A stretch of 64,000 nucleotides of DNA from an uncultured delta proteobacterium (GCA_963767925.1 CAVYGB010000010.1:128001-192000); one strand, 5' to 3'. Numbered from the stretch's first letter, positions 1 to 9,862 are shown. Notes: a model not told the origin generated them from the sequence alone. Translations and numbers: made by a program.

Positions 1-2471
1 GGCCGCTGCACGTAGAAGCCGCCCAGCACCCGGCTGGGCGGCAGCCAGGTTGGCAACATGAACTCGGCCTCGGGCGGGGCGCTGATGTCGTCCTCTCTCC
101 CCTCGTTCGGCAGGTCGGGCAGGCGCACCAGGGCCCGGGTCACCACCTCGCCGATCAGGCGGGGCAAATCGGCGCGCACCCCCTCGACCGCCGCCTTGAC
201 GACCTTGTCGAGGTCGGCCGAGGGAGCGCCGCGGGCGGCGTGGGCCACGGCGGCGTCCAGCTCCTGCAGGGGACGCGCCCCCACGATGTTCTCGACCACC
301 CGCTGCGGCTGGTTGAGGCGGCGCCAGACGCCGGCACTGAGCTCGGCGAGGTCCTGCACGCAGCCTCCCAGCAGGTCGAGCCAGCCGGTCCCCCGGCCGA
401 CCGTCAGCCCCATCAGCGAGCGGGCCGAGCTGACCCGCTCCAGGGTGCGGGCGGTGGCCAGCAGCGAACGCCGGAGCGCCTCCACCGGCGCGGTGAGACC
501 GGGGGGCAGGGCTTCGGCCAGCACCGACAGCGCCGCCACCAGCGCCGCCTCGCCGTCGGCCGGCTCGCGCAGCCGCCGGGCCAGGGTGGCCACCGCGCTC
601 AGCACCTCGCGAAGCTCGGAGGCCACGGTGGCCTCGCCGAGCACGATGAAATCTTCGGGCCGCTCCAGGCGCGCCCCCAGCAGCAGGACCAGCTCGCCGA
701 TCTCGGCCAGCTCGTCCCGCACCAGCCCCTCGCAGGCCCGGGCCAGCGCCGCGCACACCGGGCGGCGGAGCTGCGAGGGCGGCTCGGCGCTGAGCCGGGC
801 CAGCATCCGATCGAGGGTGCGCAGCCGGCGCTCGCGCGTGCCGGAGACCGACTCGTCCCACATGGGGAAGCCCTCGCCGTCGATGGCGTGCACGAGCGCC
901 CGCAGCCGGCGGCGGTACAGCTCGAGGTGGGCCAGCGCCCCCGAGGCCAGGGGGGCGGCCTCCCGGGCGAGCAGCCAGGAGCGCAGGCGCACGATGAGAT
1001 CGCCGAGCTCCCCAGGCACCCGCGAGGTGGGCTCGAGCCCCGACATCACGAGAAGGTCGGCCAGCAGGCTCGACTCCATCAAGCCCCGATCCAGCTCGCG
1101 CAGGAGCTGGAAGCCCCGCTGCCGGTCCTCCGAGGTGTCCTCGCGCAGCCGCTCGAGCAGGCTCAGGTTGAGGCCGGCGGTGCCCAGCGCCGCCTCGACG
1201 TGGGGCCGCACCTCGCGCCCCTCGACGAAGGCCATCTGGGCGGCGGCGATGTGTTGCCGCACCGAGGGCCGCCGCCCCGAGCCCAGCGGCGACAGATCGG
1301 TGTCGAGGGCCCGCCGCAGGGCCACCCAGCCGTCGTCCTCGGCCCGGGGGTCGCCGGGCGGGCCGGGCGGGGGCGACCGCAGCTTGTCGAGCGCCATGGC
1401 GGTGGAGCGGCCGGCCAGCCGCCAGCCGGGATGTTCGCCCAGCAGGTCGACGAAGGCCTCGATGCTCTCGAGCTCCCCGCCCTCCAGCAGGTGGGGCAAG
1501 AGGGCCTCGGCCGCCTCCGGCTCGATGGCGGCGGCGCGTCCGAGGCCGAAGATGAGCGCCGCGCCCAGGCCCCGGTCGCGGGAGGGCAGGTCGCTGTGCA
1601 GCAGATCCTGACAGCGCGACACCCGCTTGGTCGGGGAGTGGGCGACCGCCGCGCCGAGCGAGGTGGCGGCCCGCCGCCAGTCGGTGGGCCCGAGCTCGCG
1701 GGACAGCCCCCGCTCGATCTCCTGGTCGAGGGCCGGCTCCACCGCGGCCAGCAGACCGCGGGCGGCGGCGGCGTGGCGCCACACGAGGGTATCGCGATCG
1801 GTCAGCAGCCGGCGGAACGCGCCCCGCACGGCGGGCCGTCGGAAGGTCTTCACCCCCAGGTCATCGCCCTCCAGCCCGCGCCGGGTGGCCTCGCGCGCCG
1901 CCCGCTCGAGCAGGCGGGCGGCGACCCGCCGGGCTGGAAGCGCGCCGGCCGAGGGGACGCTCAGCCACTCGCGCTCGAGATCGGGCCGGCACAGCAGGGC
2001 CAGGGCCAGGCGGTCCACCCCGGTCTCGATGCCGATCGGCAGGCGCATCGCCACCGCGACCCGGGAGCGGACCGGGGCGGTGGAGAGCCCCCGGCGCGAG
2101 GCCGAGGCGAGCGAGGTGGCCAGCAGGGCGAAGGTGGCGGCGTCGCCGGTCAGGAGCTGCTCGAGCACCCGCCGGCCCAGCTCCCGCTTCTCCTCGCCGG
2201 CGGGCAAAACCGCCGCGATCTCGAAGAAGGCCGCCGCCGCCAGCCCGCGCGACATCCACTGGGTGTCGTCGACGAGGCCGGTGGCGAACGCCGCCCGGAT
2301 GCTGCCGTGGAGCTGCTCCGGGCGCAGGGCTTCCAGAGGCGCCGCTTTCTGATTCGAAGCGGCGACCGCCAGCGAGGCGAGCCCCTGACGCCAGACCCGC
2401 CGCCGCTCATCCGCGCTGTCTATCTCGTGGAGCTGGGAGAGCCCAACGAGGTAATCCCGGGGACCATCCAT
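1..2471 (-). CDS. Large myxobacterial-type Ser/Thr protein kinase, long helical N-terminal region (3' end lies outside the window)
   Basis: Open minus frame missing from the ORF track because it has no stop in the window. ATG at 2471 (MDGPRDYLVGLSQLHEIDSADERRRVWRQGLASL) with an in-frame TAG just upstream. At the window edge it reads MLPTWLPPSRVLGGFYVQR, which resembles the segment preceding the Gly loop of myxobacterial Hanks kinases. The catalytic motifs are not visible. Confidence 0.6.
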   Translation of the reverse strand, partial: MDGPRDYLVGLSQLHEIDSADERRRVWRQGLASLAVAASNQKAAPLEALRPEQLHGSIRAAFATGLVDDTQWMSRGLAAAAFFEIAAVLPAGEEKRELGRRVLEQLLTGDAATFALLATSLASASRRGLSTAPVRSRVAVAMRLPIGIETGVDRLALALLCRPDLEREWLSVPSAGALPARRVAARLLERAAREATRRGLEGDDLGVKTFRRPAVRGAFRRLLTDRDTLVWRHAAAARGLLAAVEPALDQEIERGLSRELGPTDWRRAATSLGAAVAHSPTKRVSRCQDLLHSDLPSRDRGLGAALIFGLGRAAAIEPEAAEALLPHLLEGGELESIEAFVDLLGEHPGWRLAGRSTAMALDKLRSPPPGPPGDPRAEDDGWVALRRALDTDLSPLGSGRRPSVRQHIAAAQMAFVEGREVRPHVEAALGTAGLNLSLLERLREDTSEDRQRGFQLLRELDRGLMESSLLADLLVMSGLEPTSRVPGELGDLIVRLRSWLLAREAAPLASGALAHLELYRRRLRALVHAIDGEGFPMWDESVSGTRERRLRTLDRMLARLSAEPPSQLRRPVCAALARACEGLVRDELAEIGELVLLLGARLERPEDFIVLGEATVASELREVLSAVATLARRLREPADGEAALVAALSVLAEALPPGLTAPVEALRRSLLATARTLERVSSARSLMGLTVGRGTGWLDLLGGCVQDLAELSAGVWRRLNQPQRVVENIVGARPLQELDAAVAHAARGAPSADLDKVVKAAVEGVRADLPRLIGEVVTRALVRLPDLPNEGREDDISAPPEAEFMLPTWLPPSRVLGGFYVQR

Positions 2472-2592
2472 GTGCGACTAAGCCAGAAGGAAGACTACAA
2501 GCGAAACATGCCCCGGTCGCCGCGCGCAACGGGAATATCGCGACATTACGACAGCGCGGAGCGACAAAACACCCCGTCTCGACGGGTACTTG

Positions 2593-2685
2593 AGGAGAGG
2601 GAGGGATTCGAACCCTCGGTACAGGCTTTAGTCCCGTACAACGGTTTAGCAAACCGTCGCCTTCGACCGACTCGGCCACCTCTCC
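2593..2685 (-). tRNA. tRNA-Ser(GCT)
   Basis: Acceptor stem GGAGAGG/CCTCTCC, anticodon arm ACGGT-TTGCTAA-ACCGT, long variable arm, T arm GAGGG-TTCGAAT-CCCTC. CCA not encoded. Confidence 0.97.
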
Positions 2686-2700
2686 AGGTTTTTCGGTGCT

Positions 2701-2721
2701 GGGATCCCGCGGGGGGATCCC
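2701..2721. repeat. Hairpin in the inter-tRNA spacer
   Basis: GGGATCCC-GCGGG-GGGATCCC, an 8-bp inverted repeat. Confidence 0.6.
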
Positions 2722-2740
2722 TTCAGTTGTCATGGAACGG

Positions 2741-2823
2741 AGGAGGAGGAGGGATTCGAACCCCCGGCGCTTTCGCGCTACGGTTTTCAAGACCGTCGCC
2801 TTCGACCACTCGGCCACTCCTCC
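2741..2823 (-). tRNA. tRNA-Ser(TGA)
   Basis: Acceptor stem GGAGGAG/CTCCTCC, anticodon arm ACGGT-CTTGAAA-ACCGT, variable arm GCGC-GAAA-GCGC, T loop TTCGAAT. CCA not encoded. Confidence 0.97.
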
Positions 2824-3134
2824 CGACTGCTACGGAGACCCGTTGGTTCCATACCCTCCCGCGACGGGCTTCGGCAAGCAAGCTTACCTGCGCCCACGCG
2901 GCCCCTGACCGGTTAGCCGACGCACAGAGCGGCGTATTCATACTCGGTATTGGTCGGCTCGACAAGCGCGCTCGGGGGTGAGATCGGGGCGGCCGGCTTC
3001 TCGGTGGTGGCTAGCTGGGCGTCACCCCGGTGTCACCCCAGCGTTGCTCGGACTCGGGTCGCCACGGTTCTGCCGCCCCGACGTTGCCAGAAAGATCCCG
3101 CAACGCTCCGACGCGCCCGGCGACGGCCACGTAC

Positions 3135-3157
3135 CTTGGTCTTCGACGAAGACCAAG
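3135..3157. promoter_or_regulatory. Perfect 11-bp inverted repeat directly before a start codon
   Basis: CTTGGTCTTCG-A-CGAAGACCAAG, separated by one base from ATG 3159. Confidence 0.5.
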
Positions 3158-3158
3158 C

Positions 3159-3977
3159 ATGGAAAGAACCCTCGCCCATCTATCCGATCTGCACGTCGGC
3201 CGTGGCGACGACACCGACGACGCCTTGCAGGGGATGTGTCAGTCGCTCATCCGTAAGGACGTGGAGCACGTCGTCGTGACCGGCGACATCACCAACCGGG
3301 GCCGGTGGCGGGAGTGGGAGCGGTTCGAGCGCGCCTTCGCCCCCTTGCGGGAGCTCGGCCGCCTGACCGTGGTGCCCGGCAACCACGACCGGCTCAACGA
3401 GGACGTCGGGGCCACCCTGATGCCCGGCGGGCGCGTCGAGATCGAGCGCCACCCCGGTCTGCACCTGGTGCTGTTCGATTCCACCGGCCCACACAATCGG
3501 TCGCTGCTGACCAGCCACGGCCAGATGTCCGACACGGACGTGGCCGACATCCTGGACGCCTTCGAGCAGGCTCCGTCCCGGTCGCTGGCGGTCCTCCTGC
3601 TCCACCACCACCTGGTGCCGCTGCCCCACGACAGCCCGGCCGAGCGCCTCATCTCCTGGCTGGGCTGGGGATCGGGCGAGGAGCTGACGCTCGGGCGCCA
3701 GCTCCTGCTGGCCCTGCGGGGACGCTGCGACCTCGTCCTGCACGGGCACCGGCACGACCCGGTCACGGTCCAGGTCCACACCGAACCGATGCGGCCGCTG
3801 TCCCTGTTCAACGCGGGCAGCTCGACCGAGCTGGGTCACGTCCGGCTGTTCGCCCACCGATACGGGCGGCTGGCGGCACCCCCGGTCTGGATGCCGCTGC
3901 CGCAGGCCAAGCCGGCCCCCTTCTTCGAATACGTCGGGTCCAGCCACGTCGCCGAGGGGGGCTGGCAGAGCCCCTGA
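3159..3977 (+). CDS. Calcineurin-like metallophosphoesterase (CpdA-like)
   Basis: Motifs HLSDLH, VTGD, PGNHD, LHHH and HGHRH in canonical order. Confidence 0.9.
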   Translation: MERTLAHLSDLHVGRGDDTDDALQGMCQSLIRKDVEHVVVTGDITNRGRWREWERFERAFAPLRELGRLTVVPGNHDRLNEDVGATLMPGGRVEIERHPGLHLVLFDSTGPHNRSLLTSHGQMSDTDVADILDAFEQAPSRSLAVLLLHHHLVPLPHDSPAERLISWLGWGSGEELTLGRQLLLALRGRCDLVLHGHRHDPVTVQVHTEPMRPLSLFNAGSSTELGHVRLFAHRYGRLAAPPVWMPLPQAKPAPFFEYVGSSHVAEGGWQSP

Positions 3978-3984
3978 CCGTCCC

Positions 3985-4623
3985 CTAACCGGGCGAGGGA
4001 CGAGCGGGCGGGTTCTTCTGGGCGGCGGCGCACTCCTTGTCGTCGAGCCGCTTGTATTCGATCAGGCCCACCTCGACCGCGACAAGCGACCCGTCGGCCT
4101 TGACCTTGTCGTTGTACTCCTGCTGGGACCACAGCTTGGGCTGGATGTGCAGGGAGATGCCCCGGTCGAGCTTGTCGTAGTCGGTGCGCTCCTTGTCGCG
4201 CAGCGGTTTGGCCGCCCCCGGGGCCTTGCAGTGCAGGCGGTTGCCGGGGAGAAATTTTCCCTCGCAGCGGTAGCGGGGCCCCGCCCGGCCCATCACCTCG
4301 AGCCGCCAGGCGCCGTCGGGCTGCTTGCTCCAGACGTCCTCGAAGTGCCAGGTGGGCGTGCCCCCGAAGACGCCGATGTGGGTGAGGGTCACTGGCCCCT
4401 GCTCCTTGGCCGAGAGGGCGATCCACTCCTTGACCGAGGTCGGCTCCTCGTGGGGATGCCCCGGCTCGAGGAACCGGTAGGTGACCTGGAAACAGCCGGC
4501 TTGCTGCTTGATGGCGTCGGGCAGCGCGGGCGCTGCCGAACGGGCCGGCCCGGAGGCAGCAAGCAGGAGCAGCGGCGCGCTGCCGATCAGAAGCAGCGCC
4601 TTGCGCAGGGGAGGTCGTCGCAT
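3985..4623 (-). CDS. Secreted protein, DUF6607-like
   Basis: Signal peptide; the segments DAIKQQAGCFQVTYRF, RTDYDKLDR, WSQQEYNDK and LVAVEVGLIEYKRLDDKEC resemble DUF6607 proteins (from recall). Confidence 0.55.
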   Translation of the reverse strand: MRRPPLRKALLLIGSAPLLLLAASGPARSAAPALPDAIKQQAGCFQVTYRFLEPGHPHEEPTSVKEWIALSAKEQGPVTLTHIGVFGGTPTWHFEDVWSKQPDGAWRLEVMGRAGPRYRCEGKFLPGNRLHCKAPGAAKPLRDKERTDYDKLDRGISLHIQPKLWSQQEYNDKVKADGSLVAVEVGLIEYKRLDDKECAAAQKNPPARPSPG

Positions 4624-4663
4624 GGGCTCGCCTTGCTCTTTCACTTCTTGTCTCACTTCTTCT

Positions 4664-5566
4664 TCACTTCTTGGGCAAGGCCAGGAAGTTCAGGGTGCCG
4701 GCCTTCATGTCGGGCAGCAGGATCTGCTGGCCTTTGCGGTCGAGGTAGAAGTCCGCCGCCGACTGGAAGCCCTCGGCCACCACCTCGGCCTCCTTGGCGC
4801 CCTTGCCGACCCGGTAGACCTTGCCCTCGACCCAGCTCGAGACGTAGACGTTGCCCCGGCCGTCCTCCTCGATGGCGTCGGCGCCGCGCATGCCGCTGGC
4901 GATGGGTGTGAGCTTCTTGCCCTTCGCCTCCATCAAGGTGCCGGTGAAGAACTCGCCGATCAGCAGGCGGCCCTTGCCTACCGAGACCCCGTTGGGGCAG
5001 GGCATGTCGGTGCTCTTGTCGAGGGCGACCTCCACCTTGCCGTCGAGGCCGATGCGGTAGACCCGACCGATGGCCGGCAGGGCCTGCGCGCCCGGGCTGC
5101 CCAGCGGCCACAGCTTGCCGTCGGGGTCGCGCATCTTGGTGTGGGCGCCCATATCGGTGACGTAGACGGCCTTGCCCCCCGGCTCGCAGGCGGCGTCGTT
5201 GAGGAACACGACCGGCTCCTTGAAGGACTTGTCGTCGGCCAGGATGGTCTTTTCACCCTTGGCGTCGATCTTGAAGACGCGGTTGACGTCGGTGACGACG
5301 AGGAACTTGCCGGTGAAGCAGATCCCCTTGGGCTCGTTGAGGCCGGTGGCGAAGTCGGTGGCCTTGTCGCCATCGAGGACCTTGACCACGCCGTCGCCCT
5401 CGGTTCCGGGCGTGTTCATCACGGTGATGAACCAGCGGTCACCAAAGCCCCGCGTCACGCTCTCGGGGCGAGTCCCCACGTCGATGGTCTTGACCGATTT
5501 GAGGAGCTCGGCCGCCTGGGCGGGGGCGACGGTGAGCAGGACGGTGAGCAGCGGCAGTAACTTCAT
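4664..5566 (-). CDS. SMP-30/gluconolactonase-like secreted beta-propeller
   Basis: Signal peptide MKLLPLLTVLLTVAPAQA; motifs PES, GLNEPKG, FLND, PNG, GADAI, SAADF. Confidence 0.85.
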   Translation of the reverse strand: MKLLPLLTVLLTVAPAQAAELLKSVKTIDVGTRPESVTRGFGDRWFITVMNTPGTEGDGVVKVLDGDKATDFATGLNEPKGICFTGKFLVVTDVNRVFKIDAKGEKTILADDKSFKEPVVFLNDAACEPGGKAVYVTDMGAHTKMRDPDGKLWPLGSPGAQALPAIGRVYRIGLDGKVEVALDKSTDMPCPNGVSVGKGRLLIGEFFTGTLMEAKGKKLTPIASGMRGADAIEEDGRGNVYVSSWVEGKVYRVGKGAKEAEVVAEGFQSAADFYLDRKGQQILLPDMKAGTLNFLALPKK

Positions 5567-5652
5567 GGGCGGCCTCCTGGGCCGGCAACCTAACGTGAAA
5601 CCGTCCGGCTCGAACCGTAAAAGGTTCGTCGCCGCGCGCGCGGCCGAATTTG

Positions 5653-6081
5653 TTACCGAGGCTTGCGCTTGCGGGCGGCGCGGCGCTTTCGTCGGGTGGC
5701 CGCCTGCTTGGCCTGCGCCGACAGGGCGCGCTTCGAGACCGCGCCGCGGCCCTCCCGCTTCAGGGCGGCCAGCCCGGCGGCGCTGCGCTTGCTGGAAGGT
5801 GCGCGGGGCTTGCGTTTCCCCTGACCGGTCCGCAGATCGGTCCGCGCCGACTTGCGGGTGCGGGCGCTGGTCTCGCCGCGTCCCGGGGGCGGCAGCGGCA
5901 CGCCCGCCCGGCGAGCCTTCGACAGGCCGATCGCGATGGCCTGTCGCGGCGAGCGAACCCCGTGTTTTCCCCTCCGGACGTGCTCGATCTCCTCGCGCAC
6001 GAACTCGCCCGCGGCCGTGCCGGGGCTCTTGCCCGCCCGCAGATCCTGCTTCGCCCGTCGCAGCGTCTTCTTCTCCGGCAT
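5653..6081 (-). CDS. Basic putative DNA-binding protein (DUF6496-type)
   Basis: GEFVREEIEHVRRGKHGVRSPRQAIAIGLSKARRAGV followed by a Lys/Arg-rich tail. Confidence 0.8.
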   Translation of the reverse strand: MPEKKTLRRAKQDLRAGKSPGTAAGEFVREEIEHVRRGKHGVRSPRQAIAIGLSKARRAGVPLPPPGRGETSARTRKSARTDLRTGQGKRKPRAPSSKRSAAGLAALKREGRGAVSKRALSAQAKQAATRRKRRAARKRKPR

Positions 6082-6157
6082 GGGACCTCCCGGGGAGGAC
6101 CATGGGGTTGCCGCGGCGGACGGACAAGGCGCACCGGCCTGCTGGTAGATTCGGCCA

Positions 6158-6961
6158 GTGAGCAACGCCCAGCTCGTCGGCATCATCAACATCACCGAGG
6201 ACTCGTTCTCCGATGGGGGCAAATACCTCGACGAGCGGGCGGCCATCGCCCACGGCGAGCGGCTGCTCGCCCAGGGGGCGGCCTGCCTCGACCTGGGGGC
6301 GGAGTCCTCCAACCCCGACGGCCAGCCGGTGCCCGCCGATCGGGAGCTGGCCCGGCTGCTGCCCGTCCTGCGCCACTTCAAGCGGCAGGGCGCGCGCGTC
6401 TCGATCGACACCCACAAGCCCGAGGTCATGCAGGCCGTGCTGGCCGAGGGCGCCGACATGATCAACGACATCACCTCCCTGGCCGCCCCCGGCAGCGTCG
6501 AGGCCCTGGCCGGACAGCATGCGATGGTGGTGCTGATGTTCTCGCGGGGCCCGGGCGCCCGGGCCGACCGGACGGTCCGGCCCCACCACCCGCTGATCCC
6601 GGAGGTGCTCGCCTTCTTCCAGCAGCGGCTTGCCGACCTCACCGCCCGGGGCATCGCCCGCGACCGGATCGCGATCGATCCCGGCATGGGGTTCTTCCTG
6701 GGCGCCAACCCCCAGCCCAGCCTGTGGGTGCTCAAGCACCTGGGCCTGCTGGGGGCCCTGGGCTGCCCGATCTACGTCTCGGTCTCGCGCAAGTCGTTCA
6801 TCGGCACGACCATCGGCAAACCGCCGGCCGAGCGGCAGTTCGGGACTCTGGCCGCCGAGCTGTGGGCCTTGCAGGCGGGCGCCTCGTATGTCCGCACCCA
6901 CGACGTGGGCGCGCTGGCCGATGCCTGGGCCCTGTGGCGCGCCATCCGGCAGATCCAGTGA
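6158..6961 (+). CDS. folP: Dihydropteroate synthase of the Sul-like clade
   Basis: GIINITEDSFSDGG, SSNPD, DPGMGFFLG, VSVSRKSF, RTHDV. Confidence 0.92.
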   Translation: MSNAQLVGIINITEDSFSDGGKYLDERAAIAHGERLLAQGAACLDLGAESSNPDGQPVPADRELARLLPVLRHFKRQGARVSIDTHKPEVMQAVLAEGADMINDITSLAAPGSVEALAGQHAMVVLMFSRGPGARADRTVRPHHPLIPEVLAFFQQRLADLTARGIARDRIAIDPGMGFFLGANPQPSLWVLKHLGLLGALGCPIYVSVSRKSFIGTTIGKPPAERQFGTLAAELWALQAGASYVRTHDVGALADAWALWRAIRQIQ

Positions 6962-6989
6962 GGCGGAGGCCCATGTTAAGGTCCGGGCG

Positions 6990-7907
6990 ATGAGCCCGGC
7001 CGCTGCTGCCAACCCGGTTTCCATCGCGGGACTTTTTCCGCCCCTGCCGACCCCCTTCCGGGAGGACGGCGCGCTCGATCTGCCGACCCTGCGGGCCCTG
7101 CTGCGCACGCTCAACGCCGAGCCGCTGGCCGGGTACCTGGTCGGCGGCTCCAACGGGGAGTTCACCTCGCTGAGCTGGGACGAGCGGCTCGAGGTGATCA
7201 CCGCCGCCCGCGAGATCATCCCCCGCGAGCGGCTGCTCATCGCCGGCTCGGGCGCCGAGTCGACCCGCGACACCATCACCTTGACCCGGGAGATGGCCCG
7301 GCGGGGCGCCGACACCGCCCTGGTGGTGACCCCCTCTTACTTCAAGGGGCGCATGACCCCGGCCGCGCTGGAGGCGCACTTCCAGGCGGTGGCCGACGCC
7401 TCGCCCATCCCGGTCATTCTCTACAACGTCCCCAGCAACACCGGCGTCGACATGGCCGCTGCCCCGGTGATCAAGCTCGCCCGCCACCCCAACATCATCG
7501 GCATCAAGGACAGCAGCGGCGACCTGCAGAAGATGGCCCTCATCATCCGGGAGACGGCGCCCGCCTTCCAGATGCTCGCCGGATCGACCGGCTACATCCT
7601 GCCCGCCCTCGCCATCGGCGCGGTCGGCTGCATCGGCGCCCTCGCCAACCTGGCCGCCCGCCCGCTCGATCGCCTCATCACCTGCGTCCGCTCGGGGGAG
7701 CTGGCCGAGGCCCGCGCCATCCAGCTCCGCCTGGTAGAGGCCAACCTGGCGGTCACCGCCCGCTTCGGCGTCTCCGGCCTCAAGGCGGCGCTCGAGCTGG
7801 TCGGCCGCCCGGCCGGCGTGGTCCGGGGGCCGCTGCTGCCGCTCGAGCCCGAGGAGAAGGCGGCCTTGCGCGCCGTCCTGATCCGGGCCGAGCTGCTGCC
7901 CGCCTGA
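6990..7907 (+). CDS. DHDPS-family aldolase (4-hydroxy-2-oxoglutarate aldolase-like)
   Basis: FPPLPTPF, GSNGE (rather than GTTGE), LYNVP, GIKDSSGD. Confidence 0.85.
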   Translation: MSPAAAANPVSIAGLFPPLPTPFREDGALDLPTLRALLRTLNAEPLAGYLVGGSNGEFTSLSWDERLEVITAAREIIPRERLLIAGSGAESTRDTITLTREMARRGADTALVVTPSYFKGRMTPAALEAHFQAVADASPIPVILYNVPSNTGVDMAAAPVIKLARHPNIIGIKDSSGDLQKMALIIRETAPAFQMLAGSTGYILPALAIGAVGCIGALANLAARPLDRLITCVRSGELAEARAIQLRLVEANLAVTARFGVSGLKAALELVGRPAGVVRGPLLPLEPEEKAALRAVLIRAELLPA

Positions 7908-8028
7908 TCCGGTCCGGCGCGCTGTAGCGATCCCGTAACGGGGCCCCAGCTGGCGGTAACGCCGACAGGGAAGGAATGCGTGTTTTTTGGCATTTCCACT
8001 GGCACGCGCCTTGATGCCCCTGAGCGCC

Positions 8029-9015
8029 ATGAAGCGGATCTGGGGCAAGGTCTGGCCGGTCGTGAAGCAGGCCTTCAGCGAGTGGAGCTCGGACAAGTGC
8101 CCGCGGCTGGGCGCGGCGCTCTCGTACTACACCGTCTTCTCCCTGGCCCCCGTCCTCATCCTCGTGATCGCGGTGGCGGGGATCTTCCTCGGGCGGGAGG
8201 CGGCCCAGGGCCAGATCGTCAAGGAGCTCGGCGGGCTGCTCGGGCTCGAGGCCTCGAAGATGGTCCAGGACGCCATCCTGAAAGCGGGGCAGAGCGACGG
8301 AGGCCTGCGCGCCTCGGTGATCGGCATCGTCACGCTGCTCGTCGGCGCCACCGGCGTGATGGTCGAGCTGCAGGACGCCCTCAACACGGTCTGGAAGGTG
8401 CTGCCGAAGCCGGGCGGGGGCGTGAAGCGCTTCGTCCGGGCCCGCCTGGTCGCGCTGGCCCTCGTGCTCAGCATCGGCTTTCTCCTGCTCGTGTCGCTGG
8501 TGATGAGCGCCGGCCTCGAGGTTGTCTCGAGCTGGGCGGGCGGGATCCTGCCGGGCTGGGTGATCTTCGGCTACCTGCTCAACTACGGGATCTCGATCGG
8601 CGTGATCGCGCTGTTCTTCGCCCTGCTCTTCAAGCTCCTGCCCGACGCCAAGGTGGCCTGGAAGGACGTCTGGTTCGGCGCCCTGCTCACCTCGCTGCTG
8701 TTCCACCTCGGCAAGTACCTGATCGCCCTCTACATCGGGCGGGCCAGCGTGGCCTCCACCTTCGGGGCAGCAGGGTCGCTGGCGGTGGTGCTGGTCTGGA
8801 TCTACTACTCGTCGCAGATCCTCCTGCTCGGCGCGGAGGTGACCCGGGCCTACGCCAACCGCTACGGCTCGAAGGTGGTGCCCGACGAGAACGCCGTCCC
8901 GGCGCCCCACGCCGCCCCCGATCGGCTGGCCAAGGAGAAGGTGATCAAGGAGGTCGAGAAGGAAACGAGCAAGGAAACCGGCAACGCCGGCCGCCCGGCC
9001 TCCAGCGAGGCCTGA
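8029..9015 (+). CDS. YihY/BrkB family membrane protein
   Basis: [49 protein letters not shown]. Start could be 8014. Confidence 0.92.
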   Translation: MKRIWGKVWPVVKQAFSEWSSDKCPRLGAALSYYTVFSLAPVLILVIAVAGIFLGREAAQGQIVKELGGLLGLEASKMVQDAILKAGQSDGGLRASVIGIVTLLVGATGVMVELQDALNTVWKVLPKPGGGVKRFVRARLVALALVLSIGFLLLVSLVMSAGLEVVSSWAGGILPGWVIFGYLLNYGISIGVIALFFALLFKLLPDAKVAWKDVWFGALLTSLLFHLGKYLIALYIGRASVASTFGAAGSLAVVLVWIYYSSQILLLGAEVTRAYANRYGSKVVPDENAVPAPHAAPDRLAKEKVIKEVEKETSKETGNAGRPASSEA

Positions 9016-9037
9016 CGGCGGCCGTCCCTGGTGCGGC

Positions 9038-9862
9038 TCAGTCCCGCGCGCCGCCGTCGGCCGGTGTCGGGCTGGGGCCGAAGAACGCCTCGCAGCTCGG
9101 GGAGAAGGGAGAGAAGCTCAGGCCGTTCAGGCAGGTGCGCCCGCCGGCCGCCGGTGGATAGGGGTTGCAGTAGCCGGAGAGACACTCCTCGTCGTTGCTG
9201 CAGGCCGCGGCGATCGCCGCTTTGTCGACGCAGGTGGTGGCGCAGCGGAGGGTGGGCTTGCAGGGCGCGGTGGCGCTGCAGGCCGCGCCCTTGTCGGCCC
9301 GGGCGCCGCAGACCGAGAGGCCACCTTCGGCCCGGCAAAATTCGGTGGGCTGACAGCGCTCGCCCGGGTTGGCGCAGTTGCCCCCCGCCGCCACGACCCG
9401 CACCGGACCGCAGCGCCCCCGGTCGCACACGAGCGGGGTCCGGCAGTCCTGGTCGACGGTGCAGGTCCCGTTGGCCGCGCCCGAGCCCTCCACTACCCGC
9501 TCGCACTTGTCCCGCATGGCTCCCAGATCCGCCGGCGTGATGAGCGTCTTCTTGTAAGTCAGCTCGACCTGCTCGAGACAGTCCTCGGCGTTGTCGGCCC
9601 GGTAGAGCCGGCCCGCCCCGTTCATCAGCGGCGTCACGAAGTCCTCGCAGGCCTCCTTGCGGATGGGCTCGCACTCGGCCTGCATGCGGCTGCAGATGGC
9701 GGCGGTCGGCGCGCACTCCAGCTTGGCGTATTCGGCGCAGAAGGCGCCTATGTTCTTGGGCTTGCCGTCGAGCACCCCGCAGCCAGCGACGATCACGATC
9801 AGGGCCAGCCCCGCACCCGCAGCCGCCGGCAGGCACCGAGCGTCAAGAGAGGTTTTGATCAT
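9038..9862 (-). CDS. Cysteine-rich lipoprotein (myxobacterial Dickkopf-like)
   Basis: Lipobox VAGC, many spaced Cys modules, purine-rich RBS before the ATG. Confidence 0.75.
   Translation of the reverse strand: MIKTSLDARCLPAAAGAGLALIVIVAGCGVLDGKPKNIGAFCAEYAKLECAPTAAICSRMQAECEPIRKEACEDFVTPLMNGAGRLYRADNAEDCLEQVELTYKKTLITPADLGAMRDKCERVVEGSGAANGTCTVDQDCRTPLVCDRGRCGPVRVVAAGGNCANPGERCQPTEFCRAEGGLSVCGARADKGAACSATAPCKPTLRCATTCVDKAAIAAACSNDEECLSGYCNPYPPAAGGRTCLNGLSFSPFSPSCEAFFGPSPTPADGGARD

Noticed and set aside
2593..2823. tRNA genes as an integration site for a genomic island
   Set aside because: No integrase, duplicated tRNA 3' end or compositional shift seen in the window.
58..2981. Long plus-strand ORFs (517 aa, 913 aa)
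   Set aside because: Shadow frames of the minus-strand gene; low-complexity Arg/Ser/Ala content, and one runs through both tRNAs.
4664..7315. 883-aa minus ORF as a single protein
   Set aside because: Only the last 300 codons look coding (signal peptide, RBS); the rest is antisense to folP or out of frame over the DUF6496-type gene.
6990..7907. Second dapA
   Set aside because: Has GSNGE instead of GTTGE, and the true dapA lies next to dapB at 56490.
8000..8015. Sigma54-like TGGCACG-N4-TTGAT before the YihY gene
   Set aside because: The -12 element is GA rather than GC and the leader would be very short; not enough support.
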